DNA of 41,096 nucleotides, from the NCBI GenBank assembly GCA_044336925.1, contig JBIIOM010000002.1, positions 1 to 41,096 on the forward strand, written 5' to 3'. Origin of the DNA: Pirellulales bacterium (GTDB taxonomy: Bacteria > Planctomycetota > Planctomycetia > Pirellulales > UBA1268). Each line of letters begins with the position of its first letter. Position 1 is the first letter of the stretch. The position numbers and the translations under genes are program-made. A model generated the notes under the pieces. It made no database searches. It was given only the letters and a program-made list of their open reading frames with translations, and was not told the DNA's origin. Positions 1 through 8,574 of this stretch are shown piece by piece.

Positions 1-2
1 TC

Positions 3-596
3 GTGTCGCCCTTCTATTACAAGCTCTCGCCGGAGAGCGTGTATGCCTACTTTCGCGAGATCGGCCGGCACAGCCCGATCGACGTCACGCTCTACAACAT
101 CCCGATGCTCGCCTCGCCGATCGACGTCGCCACGGTGCGGCGGCTGGCGGAGGAGTTTCCGCGGATCATCGGGATCAAGGATTCGAGCGGCGACATCTCG
201 CACATGAGCCGGCTCATCGCGGCCGTCCGCCCGATCCGGCCCGAATTCTCGTTTCTCACCGGCTGGGATGCGGCGCTCGTGCCGATGCTGCTCGTCGGCT
301 GCGACGGCGGCACGCATGCGTCGAGCGGGATCGTGCCGGGGCTCACCCGCGGCATCTACGACGCCGTGCGGGACGGGCGGATCGAGGAGGCCTTCGCGCT
401 GCAGCGCACGCTTGTCGAGATCTTCGACCCGCTGATCCAGTGCCCCGACTTTCCCGAGGGCTTCCGGGTGGCCGCGGAGGTGTGCGGCTTCAAGATGGGA
501 CAATCGCGGCAGCCGGCCACCGAGAGCCAGGTCGCCGAGCGGAAGAAGCTCGGCGAGTGGATCCGGGAGAAACTCGGGGCGTGCGGGCTCTGCTGA
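3..596 (+). CDS. DapA/N-acetylneuraminate-lyase family class I aldolase, C-terminal part (5' end outside the window)
   Basis: The ORF is open to the window edge. It carries [10 protein letters not shown] and the GIKDSSGD context typical of the Schiff-base lysine region of the DapA/NAL family. Stop is TGA at 594-596. Confidence 0.7.
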   Translation: MSPFYYKLSPESVYAYFREIGRHSPIDVTLYNIPMLASPIDVATVRRLAEEFPRIIGIKDSSGDISHMSRLIAAVRPIRPEFSFLTGWDAALVPMLLVGCDGGTHASSGIVPGLTRGIYDAVRDGRIEEAFALQRTLVEIFDPLIQCPDFPEGFRVAAEVCGFKMGQSRQPATESQVAERKKLGEWIREKLGACGLC

Positions 597-749
597 GCAG
601 CCCGTAGCACGATGCAACCCGCGCGGCACGCAAGGCGGGTTTGGGCGAACTGTCCTGCCATCTGTCGCGCGGCCGGCGGTGAAGCTGGCCTGCGACCGCT
701 CCCGGTGCGGAAGATCGACGGCATCCCGAATCCCCGGAGGAGACATGCC

Positions 750-2000
750 ATGGTCGATCCCTACTTGAATGGCCAGGCCAGTGCCGGAACGACGGCCGTG
801 GCGGCTCCGCGAGAGAGTCGACTCTCGGCGTCAGCGGTTCAGACGCTGCGGGTGGGGCTCGTCGGCTGCGGGGCCTTCGCCCGGTTTTCGCTCGCCCAAT
901 ACCGCCAACTGCCCGGCGTGACGATCGCGGCCGTCGCCGACATCGATGCCACCGCGGCCGCCCGGGCGGCGCACGAGCTCGGCGCACCGGCCCACACGCC
1001 CGACGCGGTGCTCACCGCGCCCGATCTCGACCTCGTCTACATCGCCACGCCGCCGGCGCTGCACTTTCCGCAGGCGAAGCGGGCGCTCGAACACGGCAAG
1101 CACGTGCTCGTGGAAAAGCCGCTCGCCACGACGGTGGCCGACGCGCGGGAGCTCGACGCGCTCTCCACGCGGCACGGCCGCGTCTGCGTCGCGAATCTCG
1201 TCGAGCGCTACAACCCGCTCGCCGACTGCGTGAAGCGGGTGATCGAGGGCGGCCTCTTGGGCGACCTGCTCCACGGGCTCTTCGTCAACGAGGCGGCCGA
1301 CGAAGGGCTCGCGCCAGCGCACTGGTTTTGGAACCGCGAGACGAGCGGCGGCATCTTCATCGAGCACGGCGTGCATTTCTTCGACCTCGTGGCCTCCTGG
1401 CTGGGGGAGGGGCACGTGGTGTCGGCGGCCCGCAGCCTGCGCGAACCGTCGGCCGCGGACGGCGCGGTCGAGGAGGAGGTGATGTGCACCTGCCGGTATC
1501 CGCGGCCGCACGCCGCCGCCCGTGCGGGCGTCTGCACGCGGCACACCGGCCTGCTCTTCCACTTCGAGCACGGCTTTCACCAGGCCTCGCGCATGGATCG
1601 CCAGGAACTGCGGCTCGTCTTCGAGCGGGGCGAGCTGCGGCTCTTCGATTGGGTGCCCACGCACGGGCTCGTCCGGGCCATGCTCGACGAGGCCGCCACC
1701 GAGGCGCTCGCCGGCATCCTGCCACGTGCCGCGGTCCATCGGGTGGAAGCGTATGAAGGCACCGCCCGCATGGCCCGCGGCCGGTTCAAGCCGTTTCTCG
1801 CATCCGGCCTCGTGGAGATTCGCTTCACGACCGGCCTCGACAAACTCGGCATCTACGCCCAGGTCGTTCGCGATCTCGCCGCCGATCAGCTGGCGTGGAT
1901 CCGCGATCCCTCGCACCCGCGACGGCTGACCGAGGCCGACAGCGTGGCATCGGTCGCGATGGCATGCACCGCCGACCGGATGGCGATGGAGGGCTGGTAG
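750..2000 (+). CDS. Gfo/Idh/MocA family NAD(P)-dependent oxidoreductase
   Basis: N-terminal Rossmann signature LRVGLVGCGAFARF, followed by EKPLA. I chose the ATG at 750 because GGAGGAG lies 8 nt upstream. The longest ORF begins at 612. Confidence 0.8.
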   Translation: MVDPYLNGQASAGTTAVAAPRESRLSASAVQTLRVGLVGCGAFARFSLAQYRQLPGVTIAAVADIDATAAARAAHELGAPAHTPDAVLTAPDLDLVYIATPPALHFPQAKRALEHGKHVLVEKPLATTVADARELDALSTRHGRVCVANLVERYNPLADCVKRVIEGGLLGDLLHGLFVNEAADEGLAPAHWFWNRETSGGIFIEHGVHFFDLVASWLGEGHVVSAARSLREPSAADGAVEEEVMCTCRYPRPHAAARAGVCTRHTGLLFHFEHGFHQASRMDRQELRLVFERGELRLFDWVPTHGLVRAMLDEAATEALAGILPRAAVHRVEAYEGTARMARGRFKPFLASGLVEIRFTTGLDKLGIYAQVVRDLAADQLAWIRDPSHPRRLTEADSVASVAMACTADRMAMEGW

Positions 2001-2009
2001 GCGGCGGGC

Positions 2010-2240
2010 CTATTCGTGCCGGCCCTCGACGTGGGCTTCGCCGTCGGGGTCGATGTCGACGTGCAGCACCATCGGGTTGCAGCAGACGGGGCAGTCCTCG
2101 ACGTAGTCCTGGTGCGACCCGGCCGACACGTCGAGCGGCACCACGATCTCTTCGCCGCACGATTCGCAGACGTAGGTCGCTTCCACGTCGGACGAAACAC
2201 TCGGCGGGTCCTGTCGGTTGTTGCGGCGGTTTTTACTCAT
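2010..2240 (-). CDS. CPXCG-motif cysteine-rich zinc-ribbon protein
   Basis: 76 aa with CESCGEE ... CPVCCNPM, the two Cys pairs of the CPXCG family. AAGGAGAT Shine-Dalgarno sits upstream of the ATG at 2240. Confidence 0.7.
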   Translation of the reverse strand: MSKNRRNNRQDPPSVSSDVEATYVCESCGEEIVVPLDVSAGSHQDYVEDCPVCCNPMVLHVDIDPDGEAHVEGRHE

Positions 2241-2359
2241 GGCTCGATATCTCCTTCTGGGGTTCCCTCTGCGCCACAGGGTATCATTCGCTTCTCGCGA
2301 CGCGGCGGCCAGTCTGCCGCCGCCGCCGCGCCCACCACCGCCCCGGAAACGCTCGCGCC

Positions 2360-2740
2360 ATGCTCGCCCACACGCTTCAACTGGCCCTCGCCGGAGCGCT
2401 CGGCACGCTCTTGCGGGCGGGCTCGAATGCCCTCGCGACCCGGCTGTGCGGCCATTCGACCCCCTGGGCGACGGTCGCGGTGAACGCCATCGGTTCGTTC
2501 GCCTTCGGGGCGATCGTCGCCCTCTGCCGCTCGCGCGACACTTTCACCGTCGCGCAGGAGACGATCCTCCTCGTCGGCCTGCTCGGCGGATTCACGACCT
2601 ATTCCACGTTTGCCTTCCATTCGGCCGAGATGCTTTCCCACGGCCGTTTTCTCACGGCCGCGGCCTACATTCTCGGCACGAATCTCTCCGGGCTCGCGGC
2701 CGTCTGGGCCGGCCTCTGGCTCTTCGGCAGAGCAGGCTGA
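2360..2740 (+). CDS. crcB: Fluoride ion channel CrcB/FluC
   Basis: 126-aa four-TM protein with the GGFTTYSTF signature. The ATG at 2360 lies inside a longer spurious ORF (1895..2740). Confidence 0.85.
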   Translation: MLAHTLQLALAGALGTLLRAGSNALATRLCGHSTPWATVAVNAIGSFAFGAIVALCRSRDTFTVAQETILLVGLLGGFTTYSTFAFHSAEMLSHGRFLTAAAYILGTNLSGLAAVWAGLWLFGRAG

Positions 2741-2843
2741 GCGGGGTCTGCAAAGCCGCGACCAGAGCCAGGAGACGCTATCGCCCCTGTTTTTCCAGCG
2801 CGAAAACGTCGCTGCATGGCATGGTGGCGTTTTGGCGGCTAAA

Positions 2844-4001
2844 ATGCCAACTATGTTTCCCAGGCGCTGCCCCATCCCGGAACGATCGTGCTTCCTGTTG
2901 GGCCCGCGTGGCACGGGCAAGTCCACGTGGATCCAGAGCAGCATCCGCGCCGGTGCACACTATGACCTGCTCGATTCCTCCGAGGCGATTCGCCTCGCGG
3001 CCGACCCGGCTATCCTCGCCCGCGAGACAGCCGGAATCCGGCCCGGCGGCTGGGTCGTGATCGACGAGATTCAGAAAGTTCCCGGCCTTCTCGACGAGGT
3101 GCACCGTCTCATCGAGTCCCGCCGGTTGCGATTTCTTCTGTCCGGCTCCAGCGCCCGGAAGCTTCGCCGCGGAGGCAGCAATCTGCTCGCCGGCCGGGCC
3201 GACGTGAGGCACATGTATCCACTCGTGTCGGCCGAAATCGGCGCGGCCTTGGACGTCGATCGGCTGATCGAATACGGCTCGCTGCCGCTGGCCGTGACGA
3301 GCCCCGACCCGCGGGCATTTCTCAAGAGCTATGCGCTCACCTACCTGCAGGAGGAGATCCGCGCCGAGGCGCTGACCCGCAATCTCGGAGGTTTTGCCCG
3401 ATTTCTCGAGACCGCCGCCCGTCAGAACGGCCAGGTGACGAATGTCGCCGGCATCGCCCGCGATGCGGGCGTGACGAGGCAATCGGTGCAGAACTGGTTT
3501 GAGATTCTCGTCGATACGCTGCTCGGCTCATGGCTCCCGGCGTGGAGGCTCAAACGTGCCACGAAGCAGGTGTCGCACCCCAAGTTTTATCTGTTCGACA
3601 GTGGCGTCGCCCGCGCCCTGTCGGGACGACTGCCCTATCCTCCCCTGCCGGAGGAGCGGGGGTTCCTCCTGGAAACGTTCATTCGCAACGAACTTGCGGC
3701 CTACCTGGATGACAGCGGCCTCGACTATCCGCTCACGTTTTGGCGGACCCCGGACGGCGTGGAGGTCGATTTTTTCTGCGAAACGGCGCGAGGCTACACG
3801 GCGATCGAGATCAAGGCGACCACGTCGTGGAGACCACAATACGGACGGGGATCAGCGCGGCTCGTGGATGAACTGGGTTCGCGGAAGGTTCGATGTTTTG
3901 GCGTCTATCTCGGTGCCCGCGAGGCGCACTATCCACCCTGTCGCGTATTGCCAGTGAACGACTTTCTGCGGCTGCTCTGGGCGGGCGGCGTAGTCGGCTG
4001 A
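2844..4001 (+). CDS. AAA+ ATPase with DUF4143-type C-terminal domain (PD-(D/E)xK-like tail)
   Basis: Walker A GPRGTGKST and Walker B VVIDEIQ. The C-terminus reads GVEVDFF...AIEIKAT, resembling a D...ExK nuclease core. I chose the internal ATG at 2844; the longest ORF starts at 2610. Confidence 0.75.
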   Translation: MPTMFPRRCPIPERSCFLLGPRGTGKSTWIQSSIRAGAHYDLLDSSEAIRLAADPAILARETAGIRPGGWVVIDEIQKVPGLLDEVHRLIESRRLRFLLSGSSARKLRRGGSNLLAGRADVRHMYPLVSAEIGAALDVDRLIEYGSLPLAVTSPDPRAFLKSYALTYLQEEIRAEALTRNLGGFARFLETAARQNGQVTNVAGIARDAGVTRQSVQNWFEILVDTLLGSWLPAWRLKRATKQVSHPKFYLFDSGVARALSGRLPYPPLPEERGFLLETFIRNELAAYLDDSGLDYPLTFWRTPDGVEVDFFCETARGYTAIEIKATTSWRPQYGRGSARLVDELGSRKVRCFGVYLGAREAHYPPCRVLPVNDFLRLLWAGGVVG

Positions 4002-6307
4002 ATCGAGGCTCCGTCGGCCGGCGGCCCGATCGCCGGGCTGGAGTGCGCGAGCGCGAAGAGCCGCATCTCGGCGAGCGCGCCCAGGTAGGCGAGCGTCGAT
4101 TCGGCGCCCTGGTTTTCGTTGGCGCGGTCCTCGAGAAGGCCGTCGCGGCAGCCACCGGTGCGCGGGTCGCAGAGCGCCACGCCCAGCACGTTGTGGCCGC
4201 GAAACCAGTCGAAGGCGAGCCACGCCCGCTCGATCCAGCGCGGATCGCCGTCGGCATGAAAGGCCTCGATGCAGGCCGCCACCATGCCGTGCGCCTCGAG
4301 CGGCTGCTGATCGAAGGCCGCCGGCTCGCCGCCGCGCCGCAGGAAACCGCGGCAGCCGATCGGCGAAAACCGCCCCGACTGCGAGCACTGCACGTGCCAG
4401 AGCCAGTCGAGCATCGCGAGCCCCGCGTCGAGCGCGTCGGCGCGGCCGGTCCAGCGGCCGCTTGAAATCAGCGCCTGGCAGGAGCGGGCGTTGTCGTAGG
4501 CGGCGATGTCTTCGAACCACGGCCAGCCGGCCGCGGCGGTGGCGCGGCGGAGATCGAGCAGGCGGTCGACAAATTCGTCGCGCAGGCCGGCCACGAGCCG
4601 GTCACCGTGCAGCCGCCGCAGATACTCCTGGATGCCGAGGATCGCCAGGGCCCAGGCCCGCGGGCTCGTCGTGGCGCGCACGGCGCGAAGGGCGTGGGAA
4701 AAATAGTCCACGGCCCACCGTGCGAGCGCCGGCCGACGCGAGCGGCCGATGCACGTGCCCAGCGCCACAACGGCGCGGCCGAGGCAATCGTCGGTGCCGG
4801 CGTCGTCGAGCCAGCGGCCATCATAGGCGAGGAAGTTGCGAAACCGACCGGTCGAGGGCACGAACGCATGGCCGAGAAACGCCGCGTAGTTGGCGGCGGC
4901 CCGGGCGGTCTCCGGCCCATCGAGGGCGAGATCCTCCAGCATCACCATCAGCGAAAGTCCGCGGGCATTGTCGTCGGTGCAGTAGCCCTCCGCGCGGTTC
5001 GGCACGTCGTGCGTGGCGTGTTGCAGGAGTCCGGTGGAATCGGTGAGCCGCCAGAGGTGCTCGAGGTGCAGCGGCGGCAGCGGACGGTGCGGCGCGAGCG
5101 TCGGCCGGGGCTCGCCACCGCCTCCGGCAAGGGGCCGCCGCGATTTCACGAGCGTCGCCTGGCGGGTCTTCGCGAAGGCGTCCGCATACCGCTCCGCCAC
5201 GCGGCTCCAGATCATCTCGCGTCCGAGATCGTGGGCCCGCTTGCGCATCGCCTGATGCCGCTGGGGATCGTCGAGCAGGCCGCCGATCTCCCGCGCGATC
5301 GCGTCGGCATCGCCAAAGGGCACGAGGATGCCGCGACCGTCGTCGAGGAGTTCGCGGGCGTGCCAGTAGGGCGTGGAGAGCACGGCCTTGCCGCAGCCAA
5401 ACGCGTAGGCGAGCGTGCCGGAGGTGATCTGGTCTTCGTTGAGATAGGGCGTGAGGTAGATGTCGGCGGCGCCGAGAAACGCCGTCAGCTCGGGCATGTC
5501 GACGAAGCGATCATGGAAGACGACGTGCCGATCCACGCCGAGTTCGGCGGCGAGCCGCCCGAGCCCCTCGCGGTAGGCCTCCCCCTGCTCGCGCACGAGG
5601 TGTGGATGGGTGGCCCCGAGAACGACGTAGCGGGTGGCCGGATGCCGAGCGATCACCTCCGGCAGCGCGCGGATCACCTGCTCGATCCCCTTGCTCGGCG
5701 AGAGCAGTCCAAACGTCAGGAGCACGTGGGCGCCGTCCAGGCCGAGGCGGCTCTTGTGAACGCACGTGTCGGTGAACGACACATCGGGGATCCCGTGCGG
5801 GATCACGTCGATGCGCTCGTCGGCCACGCCATAGACCTCGCGCAGGAGCGAGCGGCCGCGATCGGTCATCACCGCGAGCCGCGACGAGAGCTGGATGACG
5901 TCTTGCATCACTGCCCGCTGTTCGGCGTTCGGCCGCGCGAGCACCGTGTGGAGCGTCGTGTGGATCGGGGGACGCAGCTGCCGCAAGAGCTCGAGCACGT
6001 GGCTGCCCGCGGGGCCGCCGAAGATGCCGTATTCGTGCTGCAGCGACACGACATCGACATTGGCGAGGTTGAGGAAGTCGGCAGCCCGCGAAAACGCCGC
6101 AGGATCGGCCTCGTCGCACTCGAACCGCACCGCCGGCGGATAGGCGTAAGGGCCGCCACCGTCGTTCATGGAAACGACCATGCATTCGGCGCGAGGCAGG
6201 TGATCGGCGACGGCCGTCTGCAGGTCGCGGGTGAACGTGGCGATGCCGCATCGCCGCGGCGCATGGTTGCCCACGAAGGCGATGCGGTGGAGCGAGGAAG
6301 TGGGCAT
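3929..6307 (-). CDS. Family-4 (GT-B) glycosyltransferase fused to a large C-terminal domain of unknown function
   Basis: The N-terminal half has GT1/GT4 features (RIAFVGNHAPRRCGIATFTRDL, ...LTPYLNEDQITSGTLAYAFGCGKAVLST). About 400 further residues follow. The ATG at 6307 is preceded by GGAGAG. The longer ORF to 6568 runs through a repeat element. Confidence 0.75.
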   Translation of the reverse strand: MPTSSLHRIAFVGNHAPRRCGIATFTRDLQTAVADHLPRAECMVVSMNDGGGPYAYPPAVRFECDEADPAAFSRAADFLNLANVDVVSLQHEYGIFGGPAGSHVLELLRQLRPPIHTTLHTVLARPNAEQRAVMQDVIQLSSRLAVMTDRGRSLLREVYGVADERIDVIPHGIPDVSFTDTCVHKSRLGLDGAHVLLTFGLLSPSKGIEQVIRALPEVIARHPATRYVVLGATHPHLVREQGEAYREGLGRLAAELGVDRHVVFHDRFVDMPELTAFLGAADIYLTPYLNEDQITSGTLAYAFGCGKAVLSTPYWHARELLDDGRGILVPFGDADAIAREIGGLLDDPQRHQAMRKRAHDLGREMIWSRVAERYADAFAKTRQATLVKSRRPLAGGGGEPRPTLAPHRPLPPLHLEHLWRLTDSTGLLQHATHDVPNRAEGYCTDDNARGLSLMVMLEDLALDGPETARAAANYAAFLGHAFVPSTGRFRNFLAYDGRWLDDAGTDDCLGRAVVALGTCIGRSRRPALARWAVDYFSHALRAVRATTSPRAWALAILGIQEYLRRLHGDRLVAGLRDEFVDRLLDLRRATAAAGWPWFEDIAAYDNARSCQALISSGRWTGRADALDAGLAMLDWLWHVQCSQSGRFSPIGCRGFLRRGGEPAAFDQQPLEAHGMVAACIEAFHADGDPRWIERAWLAFDWFRGHNVLGVALCDPRTGGCRDGLLEDRANENQGAESTLAYLGALAEMRLFALAHSSPAIGPPADGASIQPTTPPAQSSRRKSFTGNTRQGG

Positions 6308-6482
6308 GGAAGGCTCTCCGGAGTGGGCGACGGCATGCGTCGCGCGGACCTCGCCATTCCATGCGCCGGCGAAGCATACGGCCCGGCCGCGGCACGGGCG
6401 AACCGCACGGGCGGGCGGCCGATGGCCTACAGCGCGCGGTGAAACGCTCTGGCGGACAGTTATTCCGTTTTCGATCTCGAAC

Positions 6483-6592
6483 GGAAGCCCGCAGCGCAAG
6501 CAAGGTCCATCCGCTCTCCACCTCGAGCAGCTACGCTCCCACCCGCCCCGCGAGAAACGCCCCAACACTCCTCGCTCGCGCTTCGGGCTTCC
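6483..6592 (+). mobile_element. MITE-like element, family A, copy 1 (110 bp, ~23-bp terminal inverted repeats GGAAGCCCGCAGCGCAAGCAAGG / CCTCGCTCGCGCTTCGGGCTTCC)
   Basis: The ends are inverted complements. The element is near-identical to 20945..21054 and related to 27176..27283 (inverted), 29329..29420 and 11180..11260 (inverted). It is intergenic. Confidence 0.75.
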
Positions 6593-6616
6593 GTGGCGGA
6601 TCGGGGTCCGCCTCCT

Positions 6617-6689
6617 GTAGACCGCTTGCGAGAGTAGACCGCTTGCTCCGCAAGCGGATCCAGATCCGCTTGCGGAGCAAGCGATCTAC
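6617..6689. repeat. REP/REPIN-like palindromic repeat, type C (GTAGACCGCTTGCTCCGCAAGCGGATC..GATCCGCTTGCGGAGCAAGCGATCTAC), preceded by a partial extra head
   Basis: Two inverted REP units are read directly, each a GTAG head plus an internal CCGCTTGC/GCAAGCGG hairpin. The right arm overlaps the TAG stop of the 6686..7714 gene. Confidence 0.8.
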
Positions 6690-7714
6690 TTTAACTCAGG
6701 CGTCTCTTTCGCGTAGGCCTGCCAGGCGGCTTCGATGTCGGCTTCACGCTCGTCGCCCGAGTGGAAGATGAGACGGTGGCGGAGCCGGAGCGTCTCGCCC
6801 GGCGCGAGCGTGATCGCGGCGTCGGGGAGATTCGGATCGTAAGACTGGCTGGCGAATGGATTCGCCGTGAAGAGGCCGTAGGTGCGGACATGCCAGCGGG
6901 TGGGATGCCGGAAACTCGATGGATGATCGAGGAACGCGATGCCGAGCTTCTCGCCATCGATCGGGCCGTGATAGTCGCACCAGCGGGCCGGCTTCGACCA
7001 GGCGTCGGCATCGACCGCGCCTTCGCTATTGACGATCCGCCCGCCTGCCTTCGAGTCCACCGCCATGGTCACCGGCACGCGGATGAAGAGCCCCGCATCT
7101 TTCCGGTCGCCGATCCGCACCGGCTTGTCGCCGCCGACGAGATCCTGGTCGACGTCGATCGTCCGCGTCGTCGCCGTCGCCCGAAACGTGAGGCGGCGGC
7201 GCTCGGTGAGGTTGACGTGGCCGCTCGGGCCGATGTGATCGCAGGTTGATTCCACGATCGCCCGCTCGGGGCCGGCTTCGAGCACCGTGAACGCGCGGTG
7301 TTTGATCGACCCCAGGTGTGCGATCGCCTGGCGGGCGCGGGCCTCCTTTTCGGGATCCGCGAGCCCGGCCTCGTAGGTGCTGCGGTCGTGCCAGGTGTCG
7401 CCGGCATAGTCTTCATGTCCGAACGTGAGGCCGCGATGGTGTGGATGGTCGCGCTGCTGCTCGGGCTCCGAAGGCCGATCGACCAGCGGATAGCCGCGGG
7501 TCATCTGCTTGCCGGTCGGGCCCACGATCGGCCAGACATACGGCTTGTTGGCCCGGTCGATCACGTAGCCGGCGAACGTCTTGCCGTCGAATGCGACGGT
7601 CACGCCCGAGGGGGTCTGTTGGATCGAGAAGCCCCGCGGCGCCTCGGCCGCGAGGGCCGGAGCAGCCGCCGCGATCGCGGCGGCCATCAGCACGAAAAAA
7701 CAGCGTGATTTCAT
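6686..7714 (-). CDS. Exported PmoA-like / DUF6807 family protein
   Basis: Signal peptide MKSRCFFVLMAAAIAAAAPALA, then KPYVWPIVGPTG...RDHPHHRGLTFGH, typical of the DUF6807 family. The ATG is at 7714; a GTG at 7720 is an alternative start. Confidence 0.7.
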   Translation of the reverse strand: MKSRCFFVLMAAAIAAAAPALAAEAPRGFSIQQTPSGVTVAFDGKTFAGYVIDRANKPYVWPIVGPTGKQMTRGYPLVDRPSEPEQQRDHPHHRGLTFGHEDYAGDTWHDRSTYEAGLADPEKEARARQAIAHLGSIKHRAFTVLEAGPERAIVESTCDHIGPSGHVNLTERRRLTFRATATTRTIDVDQDLVGGDKPVRIGDRKDAGLFIRVPVTMAVDSKAGGRIVNSEGAVDADAWSKPARWCDYHGPIDGEKLGIAFLDHPSSFRHPTRWHVRTYGLFTANPFASQSYDPNLPDAAITLAPGETLRLRHRLIFHSGDEREADIEAAWQAYAKETPELK

Positions 7715-7764
7715 GATCACCGAGTATATTCTCTGCGAAATCGAGAAAGGAAGGGTGCCTGGCG

Positions 7765-8574
7765 ATGCGCTACGCGATCTGCAATGAGACCTATGGCGAT
7801 TGGCCGTTCGCGAAGGCCTGCGAGCATGCGGCGGCCTGCGGCTATGCCGGCATCGAGATCGCTCCGTTCACGCTCGCGCCGCTCGCCACTGATGTCTCGC
7901 CCGGCCGGCGGGCCGAACTGCGTCGCCTGATCGAGGCGGCGGGGCTCGAGTGCGTGGGGCTCCACTGGCTGCTCGCCAAGACGACGGGTTTTCACGTCAC
8001 GCACCCCGATGCGGCGGTGCGGCAGCGGACGACGGACTATCTCGGCGAGATCGCCAGGCTGTTGGCCGATCTCGGTGGCCGCGTGCTCGTCTTCGGGTCA
8101 CCGCAGCAGCGGAGCCTCATGCCGGGCGTGACCCACGAGCAGGCGACGGATCATCTCGATGGCGTGTTTTCGCGGCTCGTGCCGGTGCTCGAGGAGACTG
8201 GCACGGTCGTGGCCCTCGAGCCCCTTTCGCCGGTCGAGACGAACGTGCTGACGACGGCCGCCGAGACCTGCCGGCTCATCGAACGGATCGGGTCGCCCCA
8301 CGTGCGGCTGCACCTCGATGTGAAGGCGATGGCGAGCGAGCCGACGCCGATCCCGGAGATCATCCGCGCAAGCGCCGGGCATCTCGAGCACTTCCACGCC
8401 AACGACGTGAACCTGCAGGGGCCGGGTTTCGGCGACGTCGACTTCGTGCCGATCTTCAAAACGCTCGAGGAGGTGCGCTACCAGGGCTGGGTGAGCGTGG
8501 AGGTGTTCGACTATTCTCCCGGCGCGGAGCGGCTCGCGCGGGAAAGCATCGCCAACATGCAGGCCGCAAGGTAG
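7765..8574 (+). CDS. Sugar phosphate isomerase/epimerase (xylose-isomerase-like TIM barrel)
   Basis: MRYAICNETYGDW...GYAGIEIAPF and HLHLDVKAM...HFHANDVN patterns of the AP-endonuclease-2/xylose-isomerase-like fold. Confidence 0.8.
   Translation: MRYAICNETYGDWPFAKACEHAAACGYAGIEIAPFTLAPLATDVSPGRRAELRRLIEAAGLECVGLHWLLAKTTGFHVTHPDAAVRQRTTDYLGEIARLLADLGGRVLVFGSPQQRSLMPGVTHEQATDHLDGVFSRLVPVLEETGTVVALEPLSPVETNVLTTAAETCRLIERIGSPHVRLHLDVKAMASEPTPIPEIIRASAGHLEHFHANDVNLQGPGFGDVDFVPIFKTLEEVRYQGWVSVEVFDYSPGAERLARESIANMQAAR

Noticed and set aside
612-749. Hairpin AACCCGC-(12 nt)-GCGGGTT after the dapA-like gene as an intrinsic terminator.
   Set aside because: It has a 7-bp stem with a large loop and no downstream T-run, so the evidence is insufficient.
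2241-2359. Possible fluoride riboswitch (crcB motif RNA) upstream of crcB.
   Set aside because: I could not find the conserved GGCGAUG...ACCGCC...GCUGAUGAU-CCUAC-like elements on the plus strand. The region looks like a plain divergent promoter shared with the CPXCG gene. A covariance-model scan (Rfam RF01734) would settle it.
6308-6568. N-terminal extensions of real genes through repeat elements: 3929..6568, 28152..29441, 19693..21027 and 29067..31148 in the ORF track, giving peptides such as GPCLRCGLP.
   Set aside because: The extensions are translated from MITE/REP DNA. Good internal starts with Shine-Dalgarno sequences exist (6307, 29309, 29631).
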